Source: Desulfobacca sp.
GTDB taxonomy: Bacteria; Desulfobacterota; Desulfobaccia; Desulfobaccales; Desulfobaccaceae
NCBI GenBank assembly: GCA_020725545.1
Contig: DYEV01000036.1
Location: forward strand, 97 to 64,096
Direction: 5' to 3'
DNA length: 64,000 nucleotides
Below, in pieces: positions 50,207 to 59,336 of this stretch; position 1 is the first letter of the stretch, and every line of letters starts with the position of its first letter. Under the pieces are notes generated by a model. It was given only the letters and a program-made list of their open reading frames with translations. It searched no databases and was not told the DNA's origin. A program made the translations under genes and the position numbers.

Positions 50207-51352
50207 TTAGGCACCCCCGAACAGAACTTCTTCGGCCGCCTTGACACCCGCGCCGTAGGGGGCTTTATAGCCCAATTCATTCAGGACCACTTCCAGGGCG
50301 GCGATGATCATAATGATGTCAAAGTTGCCGATGTAGCCCATGTGGGCGATGCGGAAGATCTTGCCCTTGGCATCGGCCTGGCCGCCGGCGATCATAATGC
50401 CATATTTTTCCCGGAGCAGCTTGACCACATCCTGGCCATTGACCCCGGCCGGCGCCAACACCGCGGTCAGGGCGTCGGAAGCACCTTCTTTGCTGAACAG
50501 TTCCAACCCCAAAGCCTGGACCGCGGCCTTGGTAGCCTTGGACATGAGCTGATGTTCGGCAAAAATCTTTTCCAGACCGGTCTCTTTGAAATACCGCAGC
50601 ACGTCCCGCAAACCCATGACCAGGGAGACGGCCGAAGTGTAAGCACCGGTGTTCTTCTGGATATTCTTTAATTCCTTGGAGAAATCAAAATAAAATCTGC
50701 TGCATTTGGCGGTCTTGGTGAACTCCCAGGCCTTGTCGCTGAGGCAGGCAAAGGCCAGACCCGGCGGCAGCATCATGGCCTTCTGGGAGCCGGCCACCAT
50801 GATATCAATGCCCCATGCATCCATGGGCAGCTCAAAGGCTCCCAGGGCGCTGATGGCGTCGACGATGAGCAGCGTGCCGGGCAGATTCCGGGTGAGGGCG
50901 GCAATCTCTTTGACCGGATGGCAGACGCCGGTGGAGGTTTCATGGGCCTGGATGCAGACCGCTTTGATATGGGGGTTGGCCTTCAGTCTGGCGGCAATCT
51001 CGTCAACCTTGACCGCCCGGCCCCATTCCACGTCGATGGCTTCAAAATTGACGCCATAGGCCTGGCAGATTTCCCCCCAACGCTCGCCGAACTTGCCACC
51101 CCGGACCACCAGGGCCGTATCGCCGGGGCTCATGGTGTTGGTGATGGAACCTTCCATGGCACCCGTTCCGGTGGAGGCCAAGATCAGGACTTCCTGTTTG
51201 GTCTGGAACAGATACTTGAGACCTTCACGACATTCGGCCACCACTTCGGCAAACTGCGGAGAACGGTGGTGAATGATGGGGGTGGCCATGGCCAGCAACG
51301 TTTCGGGGGGGACGGGCGTCGGCCCGGGTGCCAAAAGATAATGCTTCTTCAT
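50207..51352 (-). CDS. class V PLP aminotransferase (phosphoserine / serine-glyoxylate aminotransferase type)
   Basis: LLAPGPTPVP...TGTGAMEGS...VDAISALG...AGSQKAMM (PLP lysine). Its position immediately upstream of serA suggests a serine-pathway role. Confidence 0.82.
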   Translation of the reverse strand: MKKHYLLAPGPTPVPPETLLAMATPIIHHRSPQFAEVVAECREGLKYLFQTKQEVLILASTGTGAMEGSITNTMSPGDTALVVRGGKFGERWGEICQAYGVNFEAIDVEWGRAVKVDEIAARLKANPHIKAVCIQAHETSTGVCHPVKEIAALTRNLPGTLLIVDAISALGAFELPMDAWGIDIMVAGSQKAMMLPPGLAFACLSDKAWEFTKTAKCSRFYFDFSKELKNIQKNTGAYTSAVSLVMGLRDVLRYFKETGLEKIFAEHQLMSKATKAAVQALGLELFSKEGASDALTAVLAPAGVNGQDVVKLLREKYGIMIAGGQADAKGKIFRIAHMGYIGNFDIIMIIAALEVVLNELGYKAPYGAGVKAAEEVLFGGA

Positions 51353-51627
51353 AATCCTCTTTTTCCTTTAACAAACGTATTTTACCCCTGCCGCGACAGC
51401 AGGGTAAACCTCTACATCATGGGAAAGTAAAAAAAGATTTTATGTTTCTCAAAGGCTCTTGTCAACCGTCTTGTGAAAATAAATGCATGAACGCCCGCAG
51501 TCGGCAAGATGAGCGGTTGCGGCGACTCAGGTGGCGGAAAAAGTTTTCGAGAGGTTCGGGGCACTGGGAAAAGGGTGGGTCGCCACGTCATGGGGCGATA
51601 ATCTTTGGGTCAACAGAAAAGCCGCGG

Positions 51628-52506
51628 TTATTTCGGGGGCAGTTGTTCGGCCAGGACCTGTAGGCCTAGAGGCAACGGGCTGGTAGTATCCAGCCGCAGG
51701 ATCGCTTGCAGAAATTTGGTATCCAGGCGTTCCCGGCTGTCTTCAGTGCGGAAATCCCGCTGCCCCATGTAAGGGGCGATCTCGATGACCTCACCGGTGC
51801 CAACTTCCTGGAGGCCTTCCACGGTCTTGACGGTAAAACGGTCTCCCAGGTACAGGCGGTTGAACCAAAAAGCTTCCACGAAAAGCCGCACCTGATGTTC
51901 CAGGCGGCCGATGACGATTCGGCGGAAATCTTCAGGGGTGAGCTGCTCACCCAGGCGGACATCGAATTTATAGACCTTCCCGGCAATGGGGGCCCGCAGG
52001 GTGAGTTTGGCCAATTCCACCCGGCGCAATTCCACTTCGGCCCGGGCCGAGGCGATCTGTTGTTCCTCGAGCTTGGCCTGTAACCGGACCTGACTATAGT
52101 CGAATTCCGGGATGGCCTTTTTCTGTAATAATAATTCTTTGCGGCGCAGATCATCCCGGGTCAGGTCCAGGCGCCGGTTGGCTTCCTCCAGGCGGGAGGT
52201 GGCCAGGCGCAGGGCCTGCTGTTCAATATCATCATCCTGGCGGCAGAGAGGTTGGTCTTGGGCCACCCGTTCTCCCTCCCGCACATAAATGGCCACCACC
52301 CGCCGGGCCAGCAAGGGACCGACGAATACTTCCCGCTCAAAGGGTTCCACCAGGCCATAGACCCTAAAAGGTGCGTCATCTAAAGAAACCGGTGGCGGCG
52401 GCAGCGGTGGCTGGGAGGAGCGGCGCAGCGAGATGTAGGTATAATAAGACGCCCCGACAACGGCCAGGAGCATCAGGAGTAAGACTAGAACGGTGCGAAG
52501 TCTCAT
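51628..52506 (-). CDS. short HlyD/DevB-like membrane fusion protein
   Basis: 292 aa with a TM anchor, lipoyl-like segments flanking a coiled-coil (LRLATSRLEEANRRLDL...IASARAEVELRRVELAKL). Its ATG overlaps the ATPase stop (ATGA). Confidence 0.7.
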   Translation of the reverse strand: MRLRTVLVLLLMLLAVVGASYYTYISLRRSSQPPLPPPPVSLDDAPFRVYGLVEPFEREVFVGPLLARRVVAIYVREGERVAQDQPLCRQDDDIEQQALRLATSRLEEANRRLDLTRDDLRRKELLLQKKAIPEFDYSQVRLQAKLEEQQIASARAEVELRRVELAKLTLRAPIAGKVYKFDVRLGEQLTPEDFRRIVIGRLEHQVRLFVEAFWFNRLYLGDRFTVKTVEGLQEVGTGEVIEIAPYMGQRDFRTEDSRERLDTKFLQAILRLDTTSPLPLGLQVLAEQLPPK

Positions 52507-53219
52507 GAAGCCACATCCAGACCCTGGGGTTTGCCCGCGGCAGTATCTGCGACCACAGTGCCATTCTCCATTTTTATCAAGCGGTCGGCAAAGGGAAAGA
52601 CCCGGGCATCGTGGGAGACCACTACCACCAGGCGCTTTTCTGCCACGGCAATCTTCTTTAAGATGCCCATGACCACCTGGCCGTTCTCGGCGTCCAGGGC
52701 TGAGGTCGGTTCATCGCAGAGGATGATGGCGGGATCTTTGATCAAGGCCCGGGCGATGGAAACCCGCTGTTTCATGCCGCCGGAGATCATCTGCGGTGGC
52801 AGGCGGGCCGTATCGGCCAAACCCAAGCTGGTAAGAAGCTCGGCTACCCGCTGCCGTACCACTCCCGGGATGTGGGCGCCTTGAATGCCCAGGGCCAGCA
52901 GGATGTTATCCTGGACGCTCAAGCCGTCGATGAGCATGGGTTGCTGGAAGACGAAACCATAGGTGGCCAAACGCATCTTGGACGCGACATCGTCGGCCAG
53001 GCCGGTGACTTCCCGCCCGGAGAGCCACATGCGGCCTTCCGAGGGCCGCAGCACTAAGCCGATGATGGAGAGGAGGGTGGTCTTGCCGCTGCCGGAAGGG
53101 CCGGCCAACACCGTCAGCTCTCCTGGTTTGAAGGTGAGATTGATGGGGAACAAGACCCGGCGCAGTTGGCGGCCGTCGTAAAAATCCCGGGCAATGTTTT
53201 CCAGACGCAGATCAGCCAC
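52503..53219 (-). CDS. ABC transporter ATP-binding protein (DevA/MacB-like)
   Basis: Walker [10 protein letters not shown], signature ISGGMKQRVSIARAL and Walker B ILCDEPTSALD. Confidence 0.9.
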   Translation of the reverse strand: MADLRLENIARDFYDGRQLRRVLFPINLTFKPGELTVLAGPSGSGKTTLLSIIGLVLRPSEGRMWLSGREVTGLADDVASKMRLATYGFVFQQPMLIDGLSVQDNILLALGIQGAHIPGVVRQRVAELLTSLGLADTARLPPQMISGGMKQRVSIARALIKDPAIILCDEPTSALDAENGQVVMGILKKIAVAEKRLVVVVSHDARVFPFADRLIKMENGTVVADTAAGKPQGLDVAS

Positions 53220-53237
53220 AGATACCCTTTGCCAGAC

Positions 53238-54359
53238 TTAATGAAACACCGAGGCCGGGTCGGCCTGCAGGGCTTTGCGCAAGGCCACCAGGGACCCCAA
53301 GAGACTCACCAATAAAGTAATGCCAGCCAGCAGCGGTGGCACAACGGCCGGCAAAAAACTGGGGATATCAGACCCTCGCGTTGCGTTCAACAAGGCCGCC
53401 AGGAGGAATAATCCCAGAAAGATACCGATACCGCCGACGATGACCGCCTGACAGAGGACGATGACAGCAATATCCCGCCGCCGGCCGCCGAGAGCCCGCA
53501 TTACCGCAAAATCCCGGGTACGCTGGAGGACGCTGGCGTACATGGTCAAGGTAATAATGACAATGCCAATAAGCACGGCAATGGTGGTGGAAAAGCCGAA
53601 GCTGCCGCCGATGCCGGTATTGGTGAGATAGTAGAGTTGGGTCCGCCGGGATAACTCGGCGGTCGTTAACACGGAGCACTCCGGCAGCAGGGCCCGGAGC
53701 CGGGCTAAGGCGGTCTGCTGGTCTGCTCTCGGTTGGAAGCCCACCAGGATGGCGGAATACCGGCCCGGCGGCGTCTGGGCCATATCCCGGACCTGGTCCA
53801 GGGGCAGGAAGACCAGCGTCCCTTGGAAAGCCCGAGCTCCTTCGGTGATGGCGGTCAGGCGGACCCGCTTGCCGTTGATTTCGGTGAGGCTGCCCAGAGC
53901 CGGGTGCGCGAACTTTTTTAGATCCAGGCGGTCTACCGCGGCGCTTTCCAGGTCCAACAAGGCTTGGACCCGGCCCTGGGCCAAGGCCCATGGTCCTCCC
54001 TGGAGGCGAGGGCGGTGCAGCCCCACCAGACGGACGGCCTCAAAACTATCGTCTGCGGTGCGCATCAGGCCGTTGCCAAACAGGATCGGTGCAGCCCAGG
54101 CGACCTCCGGCAGTCCCATGACCCGCTCCAGATACTGCCCGGGGATCAGGTTGACGGCATCCACATTGCGGACCGAGGCGCTGGTAATCCAGACATCGGC
54201 GCCGCTATGGTCCACCAGCACAGACATATACTGGAGGAGGCCGAAGAGGATGGATAACTGTTGGCCCACCAGAAAAACGATGGCCACCACCCCCAATAAG
54301 GCCCCGGCGGTAGCGGAGCGGTCATGCCGGAGCAGGCGCCAGGCCACGGTGCTACGCAT
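53238..54359 (-). CDS. ABC transporter permease (FtsX/DevC-like)
   Basis: Start re-picked to ATG 54359 (MRSTVAWRLLRHDR...), which overlaps the upstream gene's TAG in ATGCGTAG. It has a periplasmic domain and a C-terminal FtsX bundle. Confidence 0.8.
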   Translation of the reverse strand: MRSTVAWRLLRHDRSATAGALLGVVAIVFLVGQQLSILFGLLQYMSVLVDHSGADVWITSASVRNVDAVNLIPGQYLERVMGLPEVAWAAPILFGNGLMRTADDSFEAVRLVGLHRPRLQGGPWALAQGRVQALLDLESAAVDRLDLKKFAHPALGSLTEINGKRVRLTAITEGARAFQGTLVFLPLDQVRDMAQTPPGRYSAILVGFQPRADQQTALARLRALLPECSVLTTAELSRRTQLYYLTNTGIGGSFGFSTTIAVLIGIVIITLTMYASVLQRTRDFAVMRALGGRRRDIAVIVLCQAVIVGGIGIFLGLFLLAALLNATRGSDIPSFLPAVVPPLLAGITLLVSLLGSLVALRKALQADPASVFH

Positions 54360-55398
54360 GCGTTCCCCCCAAAGCCCGGCTATGGGCCTGGGCAAAATCC
54401 TGAACCACCTCTATGCCGGCCGCGGCCAAGACCTGCTGGGCGGCGATGGTCCCACGGCCGCCCATGAAGATGGTCGGCGCAGGTTGGCAGCTCTGCACCT
54501 GCGCCGCCGCGGCCAGGGCTTCTTCCAGGCGAGAGAGCATGGTCAAAGAAAGAAAGACCACATCGGGTTTGAAGGCCGTCACGGCCGCGGCAATCTGCGC
54601 CCGCGGCAGGCTGCGCCCCAGGGACCAGACCCGCCAACCCCGCAGCTCCAGATACATGCCCAGGGCCAGAGGCAGCACTTGATGTTCTTCGCCGGGGACG
54701 CAGGTGACCAGGGCCGAGCGGCCCACGGGCGGTGCCGCCGCAAACCAGGCCGGCAGACTAGCCAGCAGCCGCAGGACCGTCTCCGTGGCCAGGTGTTCCT
54801 GATAGATGGCCAGCTCGTTCCGCTCCCAGCGCCGACCGATCTCCGCCATGGCCGGCAACAGCTTAGCCAGGATAATATCATAAGCCAACTGGCCCAGGGA
54901 CAGGTCGGCCCGGATCTCCCCCAAAGCGCCCCGCCAGTCGCCAGCAATCAGCAGCTCCACCAATTGGGCCACGGCCGGCGTCGGCAGGGTGTGGAGCCGT
55001 TCTTGCCCCTGGGCGACGATGGTCGCCAACTCGGCCCGCAGCTCTTGCAAGGGCTGGGCTAAAATATTACATTCCGGTGGTTTTAAGATGCCCTGCAGGG
55101 CTACCAGCCAACTGTCCACGAGCAGGGCCAAAGCCTCCTGCCCCGGCCCCCGGGAGGCCAACATTGAGGCATACCAGGAGGCCTCCTGCCGCAGGGCCGC
55201 GGTGAGATGGTAGCGCAAGACCACCCGCAGCAGCCGTCCGAATTCATTGACATAATCCTGGATCTCCTCCCCAAGCGCGGCCTCAGGAGGCTGTGGTCGG
55301 TATTGCCAGACCACGGCCAGGCGGCGGTGCACCAACGCCAAAAGCTGGTCATAGTGCTCCACAAAAAGGGTATAAGCCGGCGAAGGGGGGTGGATCAA
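54352..55398 (-). CDS. stand-alone cobalamin-binding protein (B12-binding_2 helical bundle plus B12-binding Rossmann domain; no DNA-binding domain)
   Basis: EIGRRWERNELAIYQEHLATE (W-x9-EH as in CarH-type sensors), then VTCVPGEEHQVLPLALG (E-x-H lower-ligand motif), LSLTM and FMGGRG. The N-terminal ~130 aa is an unassigned helical domain. The track start is a TTG codon, so the start is uncertain. Confidence 0.72.
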   Translation of the reverse strand: MIHPPSPAYTLFVEHYDQLLALVHRRLAVVWQYRPQPPEAALGEEIQDYVNEFGRLLRVVLRYHLTAALRQEASWYASMLASRGPGQEALALLVDSWLVALQGILKPPECNILAQPLQELRAELATIVAQGQERLHTLPTPAVAQLVELLIAGDWRGALGEIRADLSLGQLAYDIILAKLLPAMAEIGRRWERNELAIYQEHLATETVLRLLASLPAWFAAAPPVGRSALVTCVPGEEHQVLPLALGMYLELRGWRVWSLGRSLPRAQIAAAVTAFKPDVVFLSLTMLSRLEEALAAAAQVQSCQPAPTIFMGGRGTIAAQQVLAAAGIEVVQDFAQAHSRALGGTHA

Positions 55399-55466
55399 GG
55401 TGCGCCCCAGGGGCTCTGGTCATCGATCTGCCCAAAAATTAAATTATAACCAGCAATAGGCCTTCA

Positions 55467-58400
55467 TCACAAAAAATACAGGGCCAGCCGCACCAGAAAA
55501 CGACGAGCCGGGTAGAATTCCGGGTTGCGGCCGGGTTCCAGGGCGTAGTAGGCCCGGCGGTTTAGGAGGTTGTCCAGTTCAAAGGAGACCAGGCCACGTT
55601 TTTTGGATAACTCTTTGCCCAGCAACAGATTAACCTGAGGGTAGAAGCTGTCGGCCCAATTTTTCAGCTTCTGATAGACCCAAAAGGTCCCAACCCGGCC
55701 CAGCCAGCCATTTTTGTGGAGATAGGCCAGCCGCAGAAAAGGGTCCACTTCCCAATAAGCGCTGACCGTCTCTGCGAGGGCAAGGTCCGGCACCACCCGC
55801 TTGACCAGGGCTCCGAAAGTCAATCCCCAGGCCGGGCTCAGGATGCGGTTCAGGGTAAGGGAAGCTTGATAGCGTTGCCAATGCGTGGAGAGACGGAAGG
55901 GCAGATTATTGGGGTCATTGGCCAGGTTGGGGGTGGCAACCCGGATGGCGTCAAAGCGGGCCACAGTGAAGGTGCGGCTGTTCCATTGGGCTTCCCAGGC
56001 CGCCCCGGCCTGGCGGACCTCGCTGCCGTTGTCGCTGTCAATCAGCCAGGGAATGCCGGCAATCTGGGAGGAGAGCAGGAGGGGTTGCCAGAGGTAGTGG
56101 CAGTTCAGGTGGCGTTGCAAGGCCAGGCGCAGGGTGTGTTGGCCATTGAGCTGGACACTGAGACCCAGACGCGGGCTCCACAGAGATGCATAAATGGCGT
56201 CATGAAAGCCGGGGCGGGGGCTTTTGGCATATTCTTTTAACAGCCCCAGTTCCAGGAGGACCTTCTGACTCAGACGCCAATAATCTATCAGATAAATGGT
56301 GGCAGAGCGCTCCGGCGGCTGGTTGGCAAACGGGAACTCCTGAGAAAACAGGCCGGGAATAGTGACGGTGAGTAATTGCTTATAGTTAAAATTTGATTCG
56401 AACAGATCCAATCCGGCGATCAAGGTGTGCTGGCCCAGTACCAGGTGTTGCTGGACCTGGACATTATCAAACTCCCGGTCAAGATTCAAGGCCAGGTTAA
56501 GGTTGGCTACAAAGGGCAAAATGGTGAGGGAGGAATCCCGGACCAGTCGCAGATCAAAGGGTTTGTGGGCATAATAGGCAATCAAGGTGGCCTGTGGGTT
56601 GAAGTGATGCACAGAGGAGAACTCCCCGGACTTGAAGCGCAGGAAGGTCCGCCGGTTTGGGTCAGGGATATAGGCGGGATTATTTAATTCATTGCGGTCC
56701 CCCGCTTCGGTATCACCATATTGAAAAAAGCCCGTGAAGGTGCCCTTGACCGTCGGCTCCCATTTGACGGCCAGTTCCACATTCTGACCCACGGAACCGC
56801 CGTTGACCTGACGATAACCTCGTTCATCGGTGCGGTTGCCCAGCACATAAAAAGCCAGACCGGGGAGGCCGCCGTAGCCCAAGGCGGTGTAATCCTGGAT
56901 GGTACGGGAGCCTTCCCAGGCGCCTCCCCCCGCCTGGGTCACCAGCCGGATATAAGGCATCTCAAAAAGAGGGGTGTAGTCAAAGCCCAACCCCAGGTCC
57001 GGGGTATGAATGGTATAGGGTCGGATACGGATATTGTTGAAGGTATTCTGGTTGGCCAGGGACAAAACCCGAAACAACAACGCTTCAGCATTCTGGGCTG
57101 CCAGCAGTTGGCCGGATTGGCCATTGATGGACGAGGTATCATAGCTGTTCAACAGGAAAAGGTGGGCCGAACTGTTGAGAGGGTTGAAACCCACCGCGGT
57201 CACCGCTTTACTGGTGGCCCACTCCTGCAAGCCCAATTGATTATACGACCGGGCCAGGTTGTAGTTGCGCACCGCCAGGTCCCGGTTCAGGCCCAGGCGG
57301 GTGCGGAAGACGGCCCGGTTGTCGTTGAGGGCGATGGAGCAGTTGATCTCCGCAATGGCCTCCCCCGGGCGGTTCAGGTCGGCCAGGGCGATGCCTTTAT
57401 AGAGATGCGGGGTGGGGTCGTTGGGGTCCAAGGTTTTAGCATAATCATAAACATCCAGCGCCTTGCCAAAGGCCCGGACTTCATAGAGGGCTTTGCCCAA
57501 CTCTGCCTGATAGAGGGCCACATGGGGTTCGAGCAAAGTGGCCTTGAGCATTTCGGTCAGGCCGGCATCCATCCGGCGGTAGCGGAAGTGATAAATGCCC
57601 AGGCCGAGATGGGGCTCGCCCAGCCCGGGGCTGGCCTCGCTGGCCCGGGAGAAGAACCCGAGGGCACCAGGAAAATCGCGGAAGGCCAGGCGGACAAAGC
57701 CGGCCATGGCCAGGACCTCGCCGTTGTGGGGGGCCAATGCCATGGCCTTCTCCACCGCCCGGCGGGCCCGATCCAGGTAATCGGAGCCTAACCAGATCTT
57801 GGCCAAATAGAGATACGGTTCCAAAAAGCGGGGATCACTTTGCAAGGCCGCTTGGAACTGCCGGATGGCCGTGGGGAGATCGAACCAGGCGATGTTGACC
57901 AAACCCGCGGCCAGGAGGGCCTGGGCTGAGTCGGGCGCCAGCGACAGGGTCTCCTGGGCTTGCCGGCGCGCCTCATCCTTGCGATTCTGGATCAAGAAGA
58001 GCTGTACCAGTAAGGAACGGGGTAGGATAAAAGCCGATTGCCGGTCCACGGCCTGCTCCAAGAGACGCTGCCCTTCCTGAGGCCGACCCATTAGGATATG
58101 GAAATAACCCTGCATGGTCAGGAGCAAGGGGGTCTCTCGGCCCAGCGGCGCTGCTTCCTGAATGGTGGCATAGGCACCGCCCAGATCGTTCAGCCGGTAG
58201 CGTGCCAAGGCCAGGCCGACCAGACTGGCGTCATTGCCCGGCTGGACCCGGGCGAACAGATTCCTGGCTGCCGCCGGTCGGTTGTCCTGGAGGTTGAGCC
58301 AGCCCAGGAGGGTCAAGGCGGCGTGGTTGGCCGGATCACGCTCGAGCGCCGCCGCGGCCGTTTCCCGGGCTGCCCCTAACCGCCCCTGATTATAATCATC

Positions 58401-59138
58401 GGCCGCGGCCAATAGGGTTTGGTTAGCACCGGCCAGGCCTTGGAGGTTGATGGGGATATCCCGGAAGCTGAAGATGCCGGGAAAATACAGGGACCATTGC
58501 ACTGCATCAGCCGGCCGCAGGACCAATCGTTTGGTGGGCGGCTGGCCCGGTCGGGCCACCCCCTCCTCCCCCGGCCCCAACACCACCTGGCCCTGGGGAT
58601 TGGCAAACTGCACCTGCCCTTCCACCATGGTCAAGACACTGTCTGCCGCCGCCCCGACCCGGAGGTTGAATTCGGTGCCGCGGATAGCCGCAGTCACCGC
58701 CGGCGTCTGCAACTCGAAGCGAAACTTGTCATTTTTATTGCGCAGCCAGACTTCACCCTGGGAAACGCCATACAGACTTTCCACCGTCTGGCGGAGGGCG
58801 GCGGGCACCACCTCCCCCAGGCGCAGACGCGGCGAGGCTGCCACCTGGCGGATCTCAAAAACGGTATTTTCATTGAGCTTGATCTGGCTTTCGTCCAAAA
58901 ACAAGATGGCCGCGCCGGAAGCGGGGCCCGTGGTAATGACGTCGCCGACGCCGAGCATCTGGTTGACCTGGGCTGGCTGCCCCGAGCCGGAGCCTGCCGT
59001 CTGAACCATTACTTGACCGAAAACATTGAGGAGCTGCCCGGCCGGAGGAGCGGCATGGAGGGGCGGAGGACTGGCCAGGAGGGCAAAAAAACTTATGGTT
59101 AGGATCAAGATGCTGATAACCGGGCGCAAGCGTGGCAT
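55467..59138 (-). CDS. 1223-aa secreted protein: FecR-like domain, TPR array and a putative C-terminal outer-membrane beta-barrel
   Basis: Signal peptide MPRLRPVISILILTISFFALLASPPPLHA. A FecR-like segment follows (GQVMVQTAGS...GDVITTGPASGAAILFLDESQIKLNENTVFEI...AAIRGTEFN). There are about 450 aa of TPR-like repeats. The last ~500 aa is rich in alternating aromatic/polar strands and ends LVRLALYFL. Confidence 0.7.
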   Translation of the reverse strand: MPRLRPVISILILTISFFALLASPPPLHAAPPAGQLLNVFGQVMVQTAGSGSGQPAQVNQMLGVGDVITTGPASGAAILFLDESQIKLNENTVFEIRQVAASPRLRLGEVVPAALRQTVESLYGVSQGEVWLRNKNDKFRFELQTPAVTAAIRGTEFNLRVGAAADSVLTMVEGQVQFANPQGQVVLGPGEEGVARPGQPPTKRLVLRPADAVQWSLYFPGIFSFRDIPINLQGLAGANQTLLAAADDYNQGRLGAARETAAAALERDPANHAALTLLGWLNLQDNRPAAARNLFARVQPGNDASLVGLALARYRLNDLGGAYATIQEAAPLGRETPLLLTMQGYFHILMGRPQEGQRLLEQAVDRQSAFILPRSLLVQLFLIQNRKDEARRQAQETLSLAPDSAQALLAAGLVNIAWFDLPTAIRQFQAALQSDPRFLEPYLYLAKIWLGSDYLDRARRAVEKAMALAPHNGEVLAMAGFVRLAFRDFPGALGFFSRASEASPGLGEPHLGLGIYHFRYRRMDAGLTEMLKATLLEPHVALYQAELGKALYEVRAFGKALDVYDYAKTLDPNDPTPHLYKGIALADLNRPGEAIAEINCSIALNDNRAVFRTRLGLNRDLAVRNYNLARSYNQLGLQEWATSKAVTAVGFNPLNSSAHLFLLNSYDTSSINGQSGQLLAAQNAEALLFRVLSLANQNTFNNIRIRPYTIHTPDLGLGFDYTPLFEMPYIRLVTQAGGGAWEGSRTIQDYTALGYGGLPGLAFYVLGNRTDERGYRQVNGGSVGQNVELAVKWEPTVKGTFTGFFQYGDTEAGDRNELNNPAYIPDPNRRTFLRFKSGEFSSVHHFNPQATLIAYYAHKPFDLRLVRDSSLTILPFVANLNLALNLDREFDNVQVQQHLVLGQHTLIAGLDLFESNFNYKQLLTVTIPGLFSQEFPFANQPPERSATIYLIDYWRLSQKVLLELGLLKEYAKSPRPGFHDAIYASLWSPRLGLSVQLNGQHTLRLALQRHLNCHYLWQPLLLSSQIAGIPWLIDSDNGSEVRQAGAAWEAQWNSRTFTVARFDAIRVATPNLANDPNNLPFRLSTHWQRYQASLTLNRILSPAWGLTFGALVKRVVPDLALAETVSAYWEVDPFLRLAYLHKNGWLGRVGTFWVYQKLKNWADSFYPQVNLLLGKELSKKRGLVSFELDNLLNRRAYYALEPGRNPEFYPARRFLVRLALYFL

Positions 59139-59336
59139 GGCTCCTCCTGCACGCGGCTGCCTGCAGCCTTGCCATCAGGTGCCGACGGCAGGAGCGGGGA
59201 AGAGCCTGGCCAGCCCTCGTCCGGCTAGAAGGGGCTCTGAGGCAGCAACAAGATGCGCTATTATCGCGAAAAAAGTTGGCAATGACAAGGGAAAAGTGCC
59301 GAGGTCCGACGGCCCTGCGGTTGCCTGCGGCTGGCC

